64,000 bases of DNA from the NCBI GenBank assembly GCA_012295275.1, contig CM022679.1, forward strand, positions 29,264,001-29,328,000, in the 5' to 3' direction. Below the pieces are notes generated by a model, which saw only the letters and a list, made by a program, of their open reading frames with translations, was not told the DNA's origin and searched no databases. The position numbers and the translations under genes are program-made. The stretch is from Chrysomallon squamiferum. Its lineage: Eukaryota; Animalia; Mollusca. Positions 29,265 through 55,306 of the stretch are shown here, in pieces; the stretch's first letter is position 1; each line of letters starts with the position of its first letter.

Positions 29265-29740
29265 AAGAAAGACTCTGTGGACCTTCCTAGCCATAAAAAA
29301 ACATTAATATTTTAGTCACCTTTCTGAAATGGGCTAGATCAAACGTGCAAATTGCCATGATATTAATTTAGGTCACTTTAGCCTGAGGCAATGTGGTTCC
29401 AGAAGTTACATTTTAAGCAGAAGATTTTAACTTTCAGTCAACAGCTGTGAATAACAAAAACAAAAATACTTTCTGGGTGATATCACCTGTAACACCTTTC
29501 AAACAGGTAACCAGCAATAGCTGCACTTAAATGATAATAATAATAATTATTATTATTATAACATTAATAAGAATAAGAATAATAAAATAATCACAGTTTG
29601 AAAACAAATAATAATAACAGATATAATAATGAAAATAATAATAATAATAATAATAATAAAAATAGTAATAATAATAGCAACAGTAATAGCAATAATACTA
29701 GTAGTAATAATAATGAACCATAATAATAATAATAGCAACA

Positions 29741-29773
<33 letters not shown>

Positions 29774-30936
29774 GTACATAATCCAATACATTTTTCCTCT
29801 TCATATTCAGACACATATATTTGTATAACAGAACCAAGTGAGAGAACTCAGAGTAGCCTTTGGGTGTTTTTTATTATCTTTTTTCTTTTTTTGTTTACAA
29901 TTTTCATGTCCCACCATGAAGTATTTAAAAATAAATTACAAAAAAAAATCAATAAATAAAATGAAAAAAAAAAAAAGATCACTACAAGTACTTATGAACT
30001 ATCACAATGGTTTGTGATCATTGAATTCTTTCTCTTATGGTTTTCATAAATTTTCTAGAGTTTATTATTAATATTGTTGTTCCTGCTTTTATTATTATTA
30101 TTATTAATATTATTATTATTATTATTATTAAGTTTAATGCTATTATTAATAAATCTTGTGATCAGTAAAATGTATAACTTGACATGTTATTATTTCTGGC
30201 TGTTGAAAGTGATACAGACTACATCAGTGTAAAAAAAAATAAAATAAAAAAAAAAAAAAATAAAAAATTATTTTTTTTTTTTAAAAATGGCAGACCATCT
30301 ACAGAGTTAATACCCATTAAACCACACATCTGGTTTTTCCCACATGAATTAGAAAATCCATCATTCCCTTTGAGTCTGTCATCAAGCATCCATTTAATGT
30401 CAAATTTATGAAAGAGAAAAACAACACAAATACCAGTGTGTAGAAGCGTACTTCATTACTAATATCAGTTCCCTAAGTGCATTGTCAATCACCTTCTTCA
30501 TTTTTTTTTTTTTCCCCCACATAAGTTTTATTTTATACTTTTTTTTTTCTTCTTTTTTTTTTAAAAAAAAAATCATGAAAATTCAACTTAAAGGAATATA
30601 TTAAACTGAACGACATTCCTTAATGGTTAACAAAATTTGAATAAATGAAATGAAAGAATGTTTTTCATTGAATAATAAATAAGAACGTGTGGTATTATTT
30701 TCAAAGTAAATAGAAAATGAAAGATAAATGTAAAAAAAAATAAAAAAAAAAAAAATGATTTTATATGTTCAAAGTTTATGAGATCAGATGAAACAGAAAG
30801 TTTAATGTAATGAGATATATCTGGTAACTCATTCTTTTAAGTGCATTTGTTTCTGTCAAATCTTGAAAAAGTGCACTGATCCCACAAAAAATCACTTCTC
30901 ACCTCATTTAATGCCCAAATCGTGAAACGCACACAC

Positions 30937-31006
<70 letters not shown>

Positions 31007-31371
31007 ACACACACACATATTGCCAGTCAACACAACTCACTTCTAATAAAGAAATAAGCACAAACAACAACATTATCTCTGTAACATTACCAACAGACTT
31101 TCAACTATCCCTGCATCTTAAAAGTGTACAAAAGAAAATATTAATTTTTTAATCACAAAAAGTGTTTGGAGTTTTCTTCAAAGTATCTGTTTAAAACCAT
31201 CACAACACTAAGTTTGCAAGAGCAAACAAAAATAGTATAATTTTCAAATAAACAAATAACAAAATAAACAAAAAAAATGAAAAAATAAACAAACAAATAA
31301 CAAAAAACAAAAATAAATAACAAAATAAAAATACAAATGACCAAATAAATTATCAAAAACAAAAAACTTAC

Positions 31372-38347
<6,976 letters not shown>

Positions 38348-38467
38348 GTTGTTTAATGTTTAGGTTATGTTACAGCCGCAACTCAGATGTCAACAACAAA
38401 ACCACGTGCAGTGAAAAGAAAACGGAAACAGGTACTAATATATCTTATGACTCAAAAGAACGTCTCC

Positions 38468-38480
38468 AAGGGACGTAACT
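38468..38480. promoter_or_regulatory. AAGGGACGTAACT element upstream of UTP6
   Basis: Lies ~120 bp upstream of the UTP6 ATG. An identical 13-mer sits upstream of the neighbouring RING gene at 43798-43810. Confidence 0.45.
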
Positions 38481-39251
38481 AATTCCCATTAAAAAATATT
38501 TAATTTTTGCTATTATTTATTGATATATTACTGATAAAGGTTTCATTTTATTTAATATTTTATTAAGTATTAAATTTCATGATACATAGACTATTTGCAA
38601 AAATAACATTTTCTGTTCCCAAAATTTTTTGTTCAAGCTAACCAGATTTGTGTTCACTCTTTATTATGAGTATTTTTTTTGTATACATTTTTGACAGTGT
38701 CCCAGTTACAGTCCTCAGCAGTATCACGAGTAATTTTTAAATTCAGCCTTATGAACTGATAAATGAAACACACAAAAGACAACAATCAAAACAGAAAAAA
38801 CAAATAAAGTTTTATTTAAATAATTCACAAAATTCATTTATTAATATATCAACAATTATTATGGTTATTTATCAGTAGTTAAATGTAAAAAAAATTATGA
38901 TGTATCAGTGACCATATACAGAGTAAAATCCAAAGTTATACAAAACTGTTGTGTCTTATGGAACAATTATATCAGCTGTCATCAGCCACCACAAATATTA
39001 TTATTAGTAGCAGTGCTTGTCATTGTTACTACTTGTTATTATTATTATTATCTGTAGTTATTATCATTATCTTTATTAAACTGTTGTTGTTATTATTATC
39101 ATTTATAACTACTGTTGTTGTTGTTGTTGTTATTGTTATTGTTATTGTTGTTATTTAACCAAAATATTTTCATTATCAATGTGGTTTTTTAAATTTAACA
39201 TTTTTTAGAGGTCTCATCAAAACTGTTTCATCACAAAAGCTGATTTTTGTT

Positions 39252-42200
39252 TCACTGCGAATTTTCTTTTTCGTCAAACATGGCTTGCAGCAGTTTTTTC
39301 CTGCCACTACCAGAACGAAACAAACGCATCATCAAAGACGGTTTGCCTGGCGACGGAACTTTCTCGTCAAAATTTATCTCCTCTTGAACAGTTGGTGAGT
39401 TAGTTTTGAGAATGAAATCAGGAACATTCTTTGGATTAAAGTCACATTTCTTCTGATGGCTTGCAAGCTGCTGTAGTTGGCCAACAAACTCACAACCAGA
39501 AAGTCGAAAGGAACAAGCGACCTAAAATTAAAAAAAAGAAAAAAAAAAGGGTTATTTAAGTATGATAATTCTTTGGGTATCCATAGCATTCATCCCTTTA
39601 TATTTTTATTTTTCACTAAAGTGAAATTATTTTTAAAACTTAAAAATTGGAATATTAAAATTTTATAAGATTATTCTAACACAGCATCAAGTATAAACAG
39701 GGTCATTATGAAGTGTTAAGCAATTTTACATTTTCACAACTTCTGATCTATGTATGATGACAGTACAGATTTGTAAACATGGCAAGAGAAATTTTAGAAT
39801 TTTTAAATATATTTATGGTATAACTGCAAATTGGCTACAAATTATATTTCTAGAACTTCAGAATCATACCATGACAGTGAGCCACACATACACAAAAATT
39901 CCTTTCTTTTATTCTTTTAACAAATCAATTCCGTCAAGCATAAATCAGAAGTTTTAACAATTTAAAATATCACAAGGAGTGTAAATAACCATTGAATTCT
40001 GTGTATCAGACATCAAATATGTCCAAAAGGCAAAGAAAAGGAAAACTTCATAAATAAAAAAATTTAAAATTAAAAATAAATTTCATACCATTTGATCTCC
40101 AATGATGTTTTCCAGAATGAAGTCATGATGAAGTTGTTTGGGATGAAGTGTTTTCCTAAATGAAGAAAATTGTAAAAAAACAAATAAGCATTGTCTTTGA
40201 ATACCTAGTATTTATCCTTTCTTAAACACAAACAAAACAGCTATCCTCACAACAGACATATATTGTTTTAACAGATTTTGAACACACATATACCTACTAT
40301 TTATCCTTTTTTAAACACAAACAAAACAGCTATTCACAGCACATATATGTTGTTTTAACAGATGAAATGAATTGTACTAAAGACTAATCTAAATATATAG
40401 CAATGTATTTGATATTAATTTTTTTTAATTTTACACACAAACACACATACATATATATTTATTTTGTTTTGTTTTGTTTTTTTTTTTCTTTTTATTTTTT
40501 ATAAAAATACAGTTTCCTTTATCAATATTTAAAAAATATGTAAACAAAAAAAACCTGAATACAGATAATGCAATATCTGAGACCTAGCCAACAAAATCAA
40601 AATGAATACATATAAATTTTAAAAAATGAAATAAAAATGTCAACAGACCTGTCTTCTGGGCATGTTTTGCTATGACTTAACCAGGGCAAAATGCACTGAA
40701 AAATACAATTCATTATTTATTTTTTTTTAATTTATTTAAGAATATAACCTAATATATTTGATACATTTCAAGTTATTTTTCAGCCAGTTTGTTCGTACTA
40801 ATTAAAAATATCACATCTTACAAGATACAAAAAGATCAATATCACAATTGTAAATAATTAATCATATCTGTTATACCCATCATACTGAATGATAAAATAC
40901 TATATTAGAAAATATATTTATTTCATTATTGTTTAATCTGAACTTGTAACAAAAACCATTTATCCAGCAAACCTGGGACATTAGTAGACCAGAATTCTGG
41001 ATACAGGTTAATTGCACACATAAAAAAAACAGGAAAGGAATGAATCTGTATTTAACAAATACAAATTAACAGACTTCTGTTTGATCTTAAACTATTAAAA
41101 TACTTGCACAGAATACAAGTACATAGTACAATGGATGAAAATTAAAAATGAAGAAAAGTTAAAAAAAACAAAAAAAACACATAATTTTAATCTAATAGAT
41201 GCAGGTATATATTAATACACTTCTAAATCAGAATATGTTTCATCTTTATTGAACAATTTGAAATGGTCAAAATAACAAATGTTTTTAACACAATACAAAA
41301 AGAAAACCTTTTAAAACCCTGTCTTGTTTACTCAATCAAAGAAAACGAAACAGCCCATTATCTGCATTATTCCAGATTGGTACAATTGATGAAAAAAACT
41401 CAACTGGTGAGTAAATTAGTTTTCGCTGATTCTCCATCTTGTGATTTGAAAGAGATTCTGGCATGTTAATTACGTGGAATTTTTTTGTCATAATTTATTA
41501 TTAGCAAACAGAGATTTCTAGAAAATACTTTATTAGCAAATCAATATGTAGTAAAATAGTTTATTATTAGCAAACAGATATCTCTGGTAAAATATTTACG
41601 AGATGTATCCCTAATAAACAGTTAAAAAAGGTACATTCTCTTTTCAAATTCTTATTATTATTTTTATAATTATTATATTTTTTTGTCCGAGATAATTTTG
41701 TACATAGAAAACAAAACATGATATAAGATTTTTCTTCTACATAACGGTAACAGTTTTTTTTTTATGTGATTTCATGAAAATGAGTAAATAGTAAGTTTTT
41801 TCCATTTTTTTTTTTCCATGGGAATTCTTATTGTTTTTTATTTTATTTTATTCTTTTTTTTGTACTTTATTATTTAGCAAACCGCGGTGTATGTTTTTGA
41901 GTCTGGTATAAATGACAGTTCAAACTGTATCACTGATGATACAAACAATCTAAATATTTTCCATGTTATGTTTTATTTTGTGTAATTAATAATTAACACG
42001 TCACAAGAAAACAGTTGAGTGAAAATGCTATGTGCATTCCAGTTTTCAGTAACCATGTCATCTTGTAAAGGTGAACTGCTATATTAACTGCTGGCCATCA
42101 CCACTATGACATTTGCACTATGACATCACCACTGTGACTGTGAAAGGGTAGTAAAGTGGGGCAGGGCATTCAAATGTTTCTTAACATAACTACTCTACTC

Positions 42201-43445
42201 TCAGACTTTGTTATGAAAGACAATAAGTCGTTTAAAACAATGACTTGAAAATATAAATAATTTTATTACATTGTTTACTGATGGACTTTAATGATATATA
42301 AGTAGACGTTTGTTATAGTTTAATCAACAAATATTCACATCAATTGGCAAGTAATCTTTTAAAAGTTTTATGCAAATATTCTTTTATATATATAAGCCTT
42401 CCAGACGACATGGAAGAATAAATAAAATGCTTTAATTAACAGGCATCAAGCAAGTTTAAATTATGAACTAGTCGAGAAGGGATTTGACCGTACAAGCACT
42501 AACACATATTCAGATTACTAAGTTTACCTTTTTGCAGAAACTGTGACCGCAAGGTGCCCGCTGTGGTTCAACAAAAGCTTCCTGACAGATTGAACAATAC
42601 AAATGTCGACTAACTGAATCAGGATTCAAAAAATATCTCTGTCTGAAAGTGTATGAATAATAATGAAAATTTCTTTAATAATTCGTCAGTTCTTTTTTAT
42701 TTCAGCTGTTTTGGATTTCGACGGTTATTATCAATTTGATCAAATGATGATTTTAAAAGAACACAAATGAAGAAGAACAGAATAGAAATATTAATGAAAA
42801 GAAGAAGAAAAAATATTTTATTTAGCATAGACAATAAATAGAATGAGAGATAGGTAAACTTAGATCAGCTACAGACGATGCATTATTCTAATTTTGTAAG
42901 AATTTAATGAGTTATCTTACCCCTCCTCATCTGCAATCATATCCTTTCCAAATGTGCATGAATTGTCTTTTGGCATTTTTCAATTAAACAAATATCTGTA
43001 ATTTTAAGAAAGTATAAAAATTAAAACAAATGTTTTTTCTCTCAAGTTTAAAATAATAACATTCAAATTTTAACATACTACTTTCTAAAAATAATAATAA
43101 AATAAAATAAAATAAAATAAAATAAAATAAAACAAAACAAATAAATAACAATGCTTCTCAAAGAAATGTGGATATCACTTATTGTTATATCAAATAATTA
43201 TTTCAGCTCGTCATATCAGAATTTCAAGACGTACCTTTTTTTTAATTTAATTTTTTTTTTTAATTCTACAACAGCAACAGTAACCACAATAATAATTTTA
43301 AATGTCAAATATTAAGTATAGTAAGCCTGCAATTTACAATTTTAAGTTTTTATTATTGTTTATTTATATATAATATAGTATACTTTTTATTTATTTTTAC
43401 CATTTTTATTTAGTTGTTTACTTTTTATTTTTGTTATATTTACTA

Positions 43446-43499
<54 letters not shown>

Positions 43500-43711
43500 C
43501 AGGTTATACTAGTTCAGTAGTCATAACTTATACATTATAGTTATACTAAGTTATAATTACAGGAATCATCACATCATAATCATGATCATAATGATCATTT
43601 CACTTTTCAGTAGTCATAGAGATTCTATTTTCAAGGAATGCAATTTAAATTTAGCTAATTCTATTATTTAAAAAAAAAAAAAAAGCTTTTACTTCCGTTT
43701 TACTTATCCAT
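39252..43711 (-). CDS. C3HC4 RING + TRAF-type zinc-finger protein (RNF151/PDZRN3-N-terminus-like E3 ubiquitin ligase), 168 aa
   Basis: Minus-strand exons: 43711-43704 (ATG GAT AA; least certain), 42642-42528, 40695-40649, 40155-40089, 39521-39252 (TGA). All are GT-AG and phase-consistent. Protein: MDKQRYFLNPDSVSRHLYCSICQEAFVEPQRAPCGHSFCKKCILPWLSHSKTCPEDR...VACSFRLSGCEFVGQLQQLASHQKKCDFNP...FDEKENSQ*. It is absent from the ORF track because the exons are short. Confidence 0.9.
40201..40363. repeat. Two-copy direct duplication (~90-bp offset) in a RING-gene intron
   Basis: ATACCTA(G/C)TA..TTTATCCTTT.TTAAACACAAACAAAACAGCTAT...TTGTTTTAACAGAT is repeated twice. Confidence 0.8.
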
Positions 43712-43797
43712 TATTTGATGTTTAAATTTTGTACGGACATTCCAATAACCTGTTTAAAAAAAATTAAATTCAGCGCCATGTTATATCACGTGTTTAT

Positions 43798-43810
43798 AAG
43801 GGACGTAACT
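43798..43810. promoter_or_regulatory. AAGGGACGTAACT element upstream of the RING gene
   Basis: Lies ~87 bp upstream of the predicted ATG. It is identical to 38468-38480 and in the same orientation relative to transcription. Confidence 0.45.
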
Positions 43811-44282
43811 CTAAACTAATAACATATGATTACCGGTGATGAGTTCGCCCTAGTTTTCTCATTTCTTTCGCTGATTGTTCGTTTTCGAAGAAAACATGGA
43901 TTAAAGGCGTTGTTTTTAAAAAAAAAAAAAAAAAAAAAAAAAGTTTTAGAAATCCTGTGTTTGAGTTTTCATATTTTTTTATTTGTTTATATCTAAATTA
44001 TTAATTTATGAAAGACATTAAGAAAAAAGTAAATACTAGTGTTGTTTTGAAACTTTCATAAAGATTGATCGTGTGGTTACTCTTAAATAATTACATATAT
44101 AGCTTTATTTAAATGTATTTTTTATTATTAATTTTATTTATTTATTTATTTATTTATTTTTATATAGTTTACATGTTGAATGGAATAAAAACAACAGCAA
44201 CTGGTTACTGTCGTTAAGATATGAGCTTTATCACGATAATGGCCTGATTCAGCGATTATAACAACATAATCCAACGCTTTCA

Positions 44283-44315
<33 letters not shown>

Positions 44316-44739
44316 ATATAATTATGATGTTTCACAATAAACTAGACTTTACTCAGATATAAATAAATAATAATAATAAAATAATATACTTCTACTACTA
44401 CTACTACTATTACTACTACAAATACTTCTACTACTATTACTACTACTACTACTACTACTACTACTAATAATAATAATAATAATAATAAACACGAAAAAAA
44501 AAATAATAGTAATTTTATCACAGTAATGCCTTTTTACGAAACGCGCAGGTGAACATATTTAAACAGCAGTAAAAGGCCTGATAACGATATTTTTAACGGG
44601 TCAATTACTTTTTCCTAGAAATGTACTTTCGGTAGTTTGTCCCACAAACGTAAACTGTTTTGTGCGATTTAATGGAAAAAGTGATTTATCAGATATCTTC
44701 ATTGTTAAACTAACTTGAACAGTTTGTGACAGCTGATCG

Positions 44740-44796
44740 CAGTTCTAAACCAGAATCCAGAAACCTCCTTGTGCACGGAAATGAGGAAGTGTAAGT
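44740..44796 (+). other. Probable non-coding first exon of the IFI44-like gene
   Basis: Strong donor GTAAGT at 44791 and a matching polypyrimidine acceptor tttttcag ending at 45483, upstream of the ATG at 45624. Contains an ETS-type GAGGAAGTG. The start coordinate is approximate. Confidence 0.5.
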
Positions 44797-45623
44797 ATAA
44801 GTGAGATTTCGTTACTTTTCATTTTACAGTTATCATCGTATTGTTGTTTTTATTATTTTTTTTATTTATTTTAAATTTAAAATACACTTTGAGTCGAGGG
44901 AACGTTTTATTCATTTATAATTCTGTCTCGTTTCATTAATCACATTGAGGTGATTTCATACAGGTACCCCCCAACTATTAGTAATACCAGATATTCCAAA
45001 GCGCCTGTATGGACCGCCATAACTGTTTTGACCTATTTTATAAAGATTCAAACAAAATTATTCAAACAAACTTAACAGTGACAACTGATGGCAGTTCAAC
45101 ACTAAGAAACCATAAGAAGTCGATTTAAAAACACAAAATTACGATTTCAACGATTAAATCCGAAATGATATTAGAGCCGGTTACGCGTATGCATTGTCTG
45201 AACGTGCCTCCACGTGCCTCCACCATGGTTAATGTAATCATCAATCCTCGGCCATGTACAGTTGCTTTTAAAAAAAACCTTAAAAGTACTTTTGAAAATG
45301 CAGTTTATTCATGCAGTATTGTTACATACATGTATATTAATATATAGCATCATTCAACCACTGGGTTTCAGAACTGAAATCACACATGAAAGATGCATAT
45401 AGTTATAATAACAAAACTGATTTCAGAACTGAAATCACACATGGAATAATGTTTTTTTTAAATTTTTTATTTTTTTTTTTCAGGGCAGAATTCACACAAA
45501 TCAGTTTATAATAACAAAACTTTATTTTTTGACTGAAGTTATTCTCTTGTTAATAATCGTATCTGAACTGTAACATAAGGCGAAAAACACAGCTTTTTTT
45601 TTTTTTTTCAAACATTATCCGTC

Positions 45624-50386
<4,763 letters not shown>

Positions 50387-51307
50387 CCTATGGAACGGCT
50401 GACGAGTGACCTTTTGCAAAAACACTGCTGTTTTTATTTGTTTTGCTTATTACTGTCCGTTTCTTTGTAATTTTCAACTAGTTTCCTTTATATATAGGGC
50501 CTATACATGTCTCTATGGTATTTCTTTACATTGTTTTTATGTCTGAATATTGTTCTTACATTAATTCATATATGACTGCATTATAAAGCTGTTATGTGCA
50601 CTAAAGTGTAATCTTCCGGTAAGTTTTAAGGTAAATGTTTACAAACGCGATTTCCCAGATTTTTGCGTTTTCTGAATCGATGATTCCGTCTCTATCAGCC
50701 CGTGAATCCGAGGGTATAAGGTTTGTACAAATTGTTACAAAAAACACGAATGGGGCAGTGCAGTAACAACTTATTAATAACAGCTTTCATCAGCTGAATG
50801 TTTGAAAAGATTAATCATCTTTAACTGTGAATATCACTGATAGTTAAACAGACGTTATATTAAGTTTTAGCTTACTCACGTTATTAATCTGGTTTTTTAT
50901 GACGAACGTTATTTACTAACATGCTTGTTTTCTATTCAGTAATCTTCTTAGTGTACTAATAAACTTATTTTTTTACTCAGTAAACTTTATTCTTTACTAG
51001 TAAGCTAATTTTATTGTATTCATTAAATTGGGTAATTTGTTAGTGAGTTTATATTTTATTAAATAAAACTTCTACTTTATTTCTTAGCTTATTTTGTATT
51101 AAGTCAACTATACACTTTATTAGTATGCTTATTTTTTATTCTTTATTGGTAAGCCAGTTTTCTTTTCGTTGTTTTAATATTTTATCACACATGTATTTAG
51201 TGTAGATGCTATGAAATAAAAGTGTACAGTTCTTGTTTTTTTGTTTTTTTTCAAAGCTGTAAAATTAAATATGTGATGCTGCAAAATCGATTCATGGGCG
51301 GAGGTTT

Positions 51308-51360
<53 letters not shown>

Positions 51361-51769
51361 TCTGAAGAGAGATTGTTTTTGTTACAGTAATATATTTTAG
51401 TTTTGTTAATTAATTGAGAGAGAGAGAGACTGACTGACTGTTTATTGTGAACTATTTTAAACTGATGTGTACATCATTCACATATAAACTTTTCATACGT
51501 TACTTACAGTTGCTTCCCTTCATTCACACATAAACTTGTCATGCGCGTCCTGAATTTCAAAGGTGTATCAAGGACTGCAGGTGTATCCACTTCAGTGTCA
51601 CTGTGCAACTCAAAAATGTACAAACGGGCTTACTCCCGTCTGGTAGAATTCCCATTTCGTCGAAAGGCTAAATGTGGTTCCGTGGTCTTATTGACATGCA
51701 TGTCTTTACCTCAGTCATTATAAAGAACTGCTCCAGATTATTTGGAAAGCGATTATTATTGTATAAATA

Positions 51770-52425
51770 CAGTAATATCTCGCTTAACGATATCCCGCTT
51801 TAACGGTCTTTTTTCTTTACAAATTATATAAATAGAAATTTAATAGTTAACTGCTCGAAATAAATGATACAAATGGATACAATGCATGTTTTTAAGTCCG
51901 TTTTCGTTCGTTTTTCGTTCATTCATGAGCTTCTCTCAGCTGTGTTGATCAGTTGAAACGTCATCTGATATTCTGATTCTCTTTTGTTTTCTGCTTCGAT
52001 TTAGACTTAAACTCGTTTGTAATTTACCCTTCCAATATCTCAAAACGAATAACAGTATACCGGCAAATGCTGATGATAAAAAGAAACGGAAGACAATAAC
52101 TTTAAAAACAAAATACACTATCTTAAATGAAACCAAACCCACAATGAGCGGCATATAATTATTTCTTAATGTATTTGTATAAACTGATTTGTAAATGATT
52201 TACTGTTAACTTAATATCTATAATCTATTAAACCATTTATGTCTAAACTGCTTTTGTATTTCTCCTTATTTCACCTTTTTCTTCTTTTTTTTTTTGGTCA
52301 AATTTCATCAGCGAGAAAGTAACCACTGCTTTTAACCTTAATTCTATGTAAATTAGTCTCCCGCTTACCTCACTTAACTATCAGAAATATGGAACCAATT
52401 ACATCTTTAATCTGAGGTATTATTG
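51770..52425 (+). mobile_element. Internally deleted pogo/Tigger-family DNA transposon (non-autonomous)
   Basis: Left end TA|CAGTAATATCTCGCTTAACGAT; right end (reverse complement) TA|CAATAATACCTCAGATTAAAGAT. These are imperfect ~23-bp TIRs with TA flanks. Internal 52057-52158 reads (I)PANADDKKKRKTITLKTKYTILNE, resembling the KRK-x-ITL-x-x-K start of the CENP-B/psq HTH of Tigger transposases. Confidence 0.65.
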
Positions 52426-52768
52426 TAGTATGGATATCGCTCAGTAACATATATCTTGAACATGTTTAAGCTGAATATGTTTAATTCGAACAGTTAGTGA
52501 TAAATGTACCGTTCACATACTGAATATAAGTGAATTACTCGTATATAAAAAGTTTTTTTTTTTTTAAATTATATTTGTCGTTTTCTTTTACAGAAGCAAG
52601 CCATGAGAATTAACAAAAAACACATCGTGCGGCTTTTTTCTTTTCTTTTATTCTTTTTTATTTTTTATTTTTTTAATAGATAGATGAAACTGATGTAAAA
52701 TTGTTTATTATTGGTCGCTTGTTTTGTAACGGAAAGGAAATGTTTATGAATTAGAAATGACCAGTTTA

Positions 52769-52769
<1 letters not shown>

Positions 52770-52842
<73 letters not shown>

Positions 52843-53367
52843 GAATGAAAATAAGAATACGAATAATAATAATAACAATAATAATAATAACAACAACAAT
52901 GATAGTAATAATATTATAATAATAATAATGTTGATGATGATGATGATGATGATGATGATAATAATGAGAAGGAAGAAGATGATGATGATAATAATGAAAA
53001 AGTAATTCTGCTTTCGGTTGATATTACATAATCGATTTAGGAACAATGCGCTCCGCCTCTGAATGTTAGAAAGAAACCAGATTCATGTACAGGCCAAGTT
53101 CATTATATACAGAGGTAATCAGGTATTGCGGTAGACGAGTTTTTTTCTACGAAATGGGAATTCTATCAGATGGGCAGGCACCTTCAAATGAGGGGAGGAA
53201 AGGTTACACACATGAACTTCAATTTTATTTATTTAATTTATTATAATTTTCTTTTTCGCCGGAAGGGGTGTTCTGTACAACTGGGAAAGTCGTGTAATTT
53301 GATTTCGTTTTTATTTTTTTATTATTATTATCATTATCATTATTATTATTATTTTTATTATTATTAT

Positions 53368-53457
<90 letters not shown>

Positions 53458-53630
53458 TTTTGTTATTATTACTATTACTATTATTATTACTATTATTATT
53501 ATTAGTTATTATTACTATTTTTACTATTATTATTACTATTACTATTATTATTATTACTATTATTATTATTATCATTATTACTATTATTATTACTATTATT
53601 ATTACTATTATTATTATTATTATTATTATT
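52770..53630. repeat. (AAT)n/(GAT)n and (TAT/TAC)n trinucleotide microsatellite blocks
   Basis: Directly visible at 52770-52995 and 53320-53630. They are the source of the polyN/polyY/polyI pseudo-ORFs. Confidence 0.95.
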
Positions 53631-54134
53631 AAGAAATTTCGTCGCCAGTGATTTTATGAAGAAGACGGGGGGTGGGTGAACGTGTGTGATTTCTGAGTGA
53701 AGTGTCATGGTAATACTATAACCAGCATATTCTTGAAACAATAGCAAGTTCACTTATTTAGTCTGGTCAGACCATTAGACCATCAGTTACCAGAGCTGGC
53801 ATATACTATGATCTAAGTTCTGTGCCATTTACAGCATTAGGTCTCGTAATGGTCCTAATAAAATTTCCGTGATGTTAGTATTTTGACTTCCATCCAGCAC
53901 CACTAACCCTGTTTTACTTTGCATTTGCCGCTGTTACTTGGACGTTTCTGAAGTGCTCTTTCATTGTCCACACTCAGGAATGCACCTCGCTTCAAAACAA
54001 AACTTTCCTTTGGAATGTCCTTCATTACAGAAATCTTTTACGTCTGTTTTCAAATCAATAGAATATCTTCTCTTATTTTTTTCTTTTTTTTTTTTTTTTC
54101 TTGAAATTTCGTAATTTCTTAATTTCTTTATTTC

Positions 54135-54167
<33 letters not shown>

Positions 54168-55259
54168 TTTTTTTTTTTTTTTTTCCTCCTGGGATTAAAG
54201 TGTCTTGTCGACGCTTTTCGACGTTTGCTAAAATACAGCAGTGCACTAGACAATCATGAAGAAGGCGCGTGCAGCAGCCTTTCTGCAAATCAAAGACCTA
54301 TCACCTTAGTGACCACGACGTAAATTTTACCCTCGCTAATTCGAAATCGGCCTTTATGGTGTTAGCTACAAACACCAGCTCTGACATGGCGCAGGCGGGA
54401 AAGCGCAGACAGGAAGGACTTCCGCGAGCTGTTACATTACACTCCCACTGGATGTGTTTGGAGCAGACTGCTTGTGTGATCACTTAGAATTAAAACAAGC
54501 ATCAAGTTTTGGATGTGATTAGTTTTCGTTTCAGTGACATTCAGTTCTGCCACTGTTCATGCGTGTTCTGCCCTAAGTGTTTTTAAGTGTGTCACCTTGT
54601 TAGATTGTATTGTTCTGAAAGCTGAAGATTGCCTTGTATCTTGATTTTATGTAATCACGCGTTCTATTGTTTATAGTAGATAAGTATAATTGTAGATATC
54701 TCGTGTTAGAGAAAAAGATAAATACAACATTGAACAAATAGTTACAAATCAATCAGGGCCGGGGATCTGTAAAATATTTTATAATACGCCTTAAATTTAA
54801 CTAATTTGTTTGTTCGTAGTGTATTGAAATTGACATATGCTATATCGGTTTAAATATCCACGCACGCACACACATTATGACAAAAATAATAATGAATAAA
54901 CACCATCCTAAGGAGAATATTTTATTAAATCCTTGAAAATATAATCCCTTTTAATAAATATTAATTCCGTACGTTAAAGTATCGTTTATGCTAAGTTTGT
55001 CTATAGTTAGTGAAATGAAGACTAATTAACGAAGCAACTCCCCAGACATGTGAATAATGAAGTTGCCAGCATGCAAGGATTTTGTGCCGGGGATTCAAAA
55101 ATGCGAACGCGCAGTAGAAGATGCTATTTTTGCTACTTACATCATAACACTGGCCCAGGTTTTTGTCGTCTGCTAATTAATGTTATAACCAACCAAAACG
55201 ACTCAACAAATTGCTGTTGCATGGATCGCGCCTTCCTGCTGGCTTGTACATGTTTCTTT

Positions 55260-55306
<47 letters not shown>

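Noticed and set aside
38412-38430. ISRE-like GAAACGGAAA in the UTP6 promoter
   Set aside because: Such purine/A-rich motifs are expected by chance in this AT-rich sequence, and UTP6 is a housekeeping gene.
43720-43779. Upstream ATG (ATGGCGCTG...) as start of the RING gene
   Set aside because: That frame hits TAA before the donor. ATG GAT AA|GT at 43711 gives the correct phase.
52744-53753. PolyN/polyY/polyI/polyL ORFs (also 29556-29837, 34325-34588, 23906-24436 and all ERER/SLSL/HTHT ORFs)
   Set aside because: Microsatellite translations with no coding signal.
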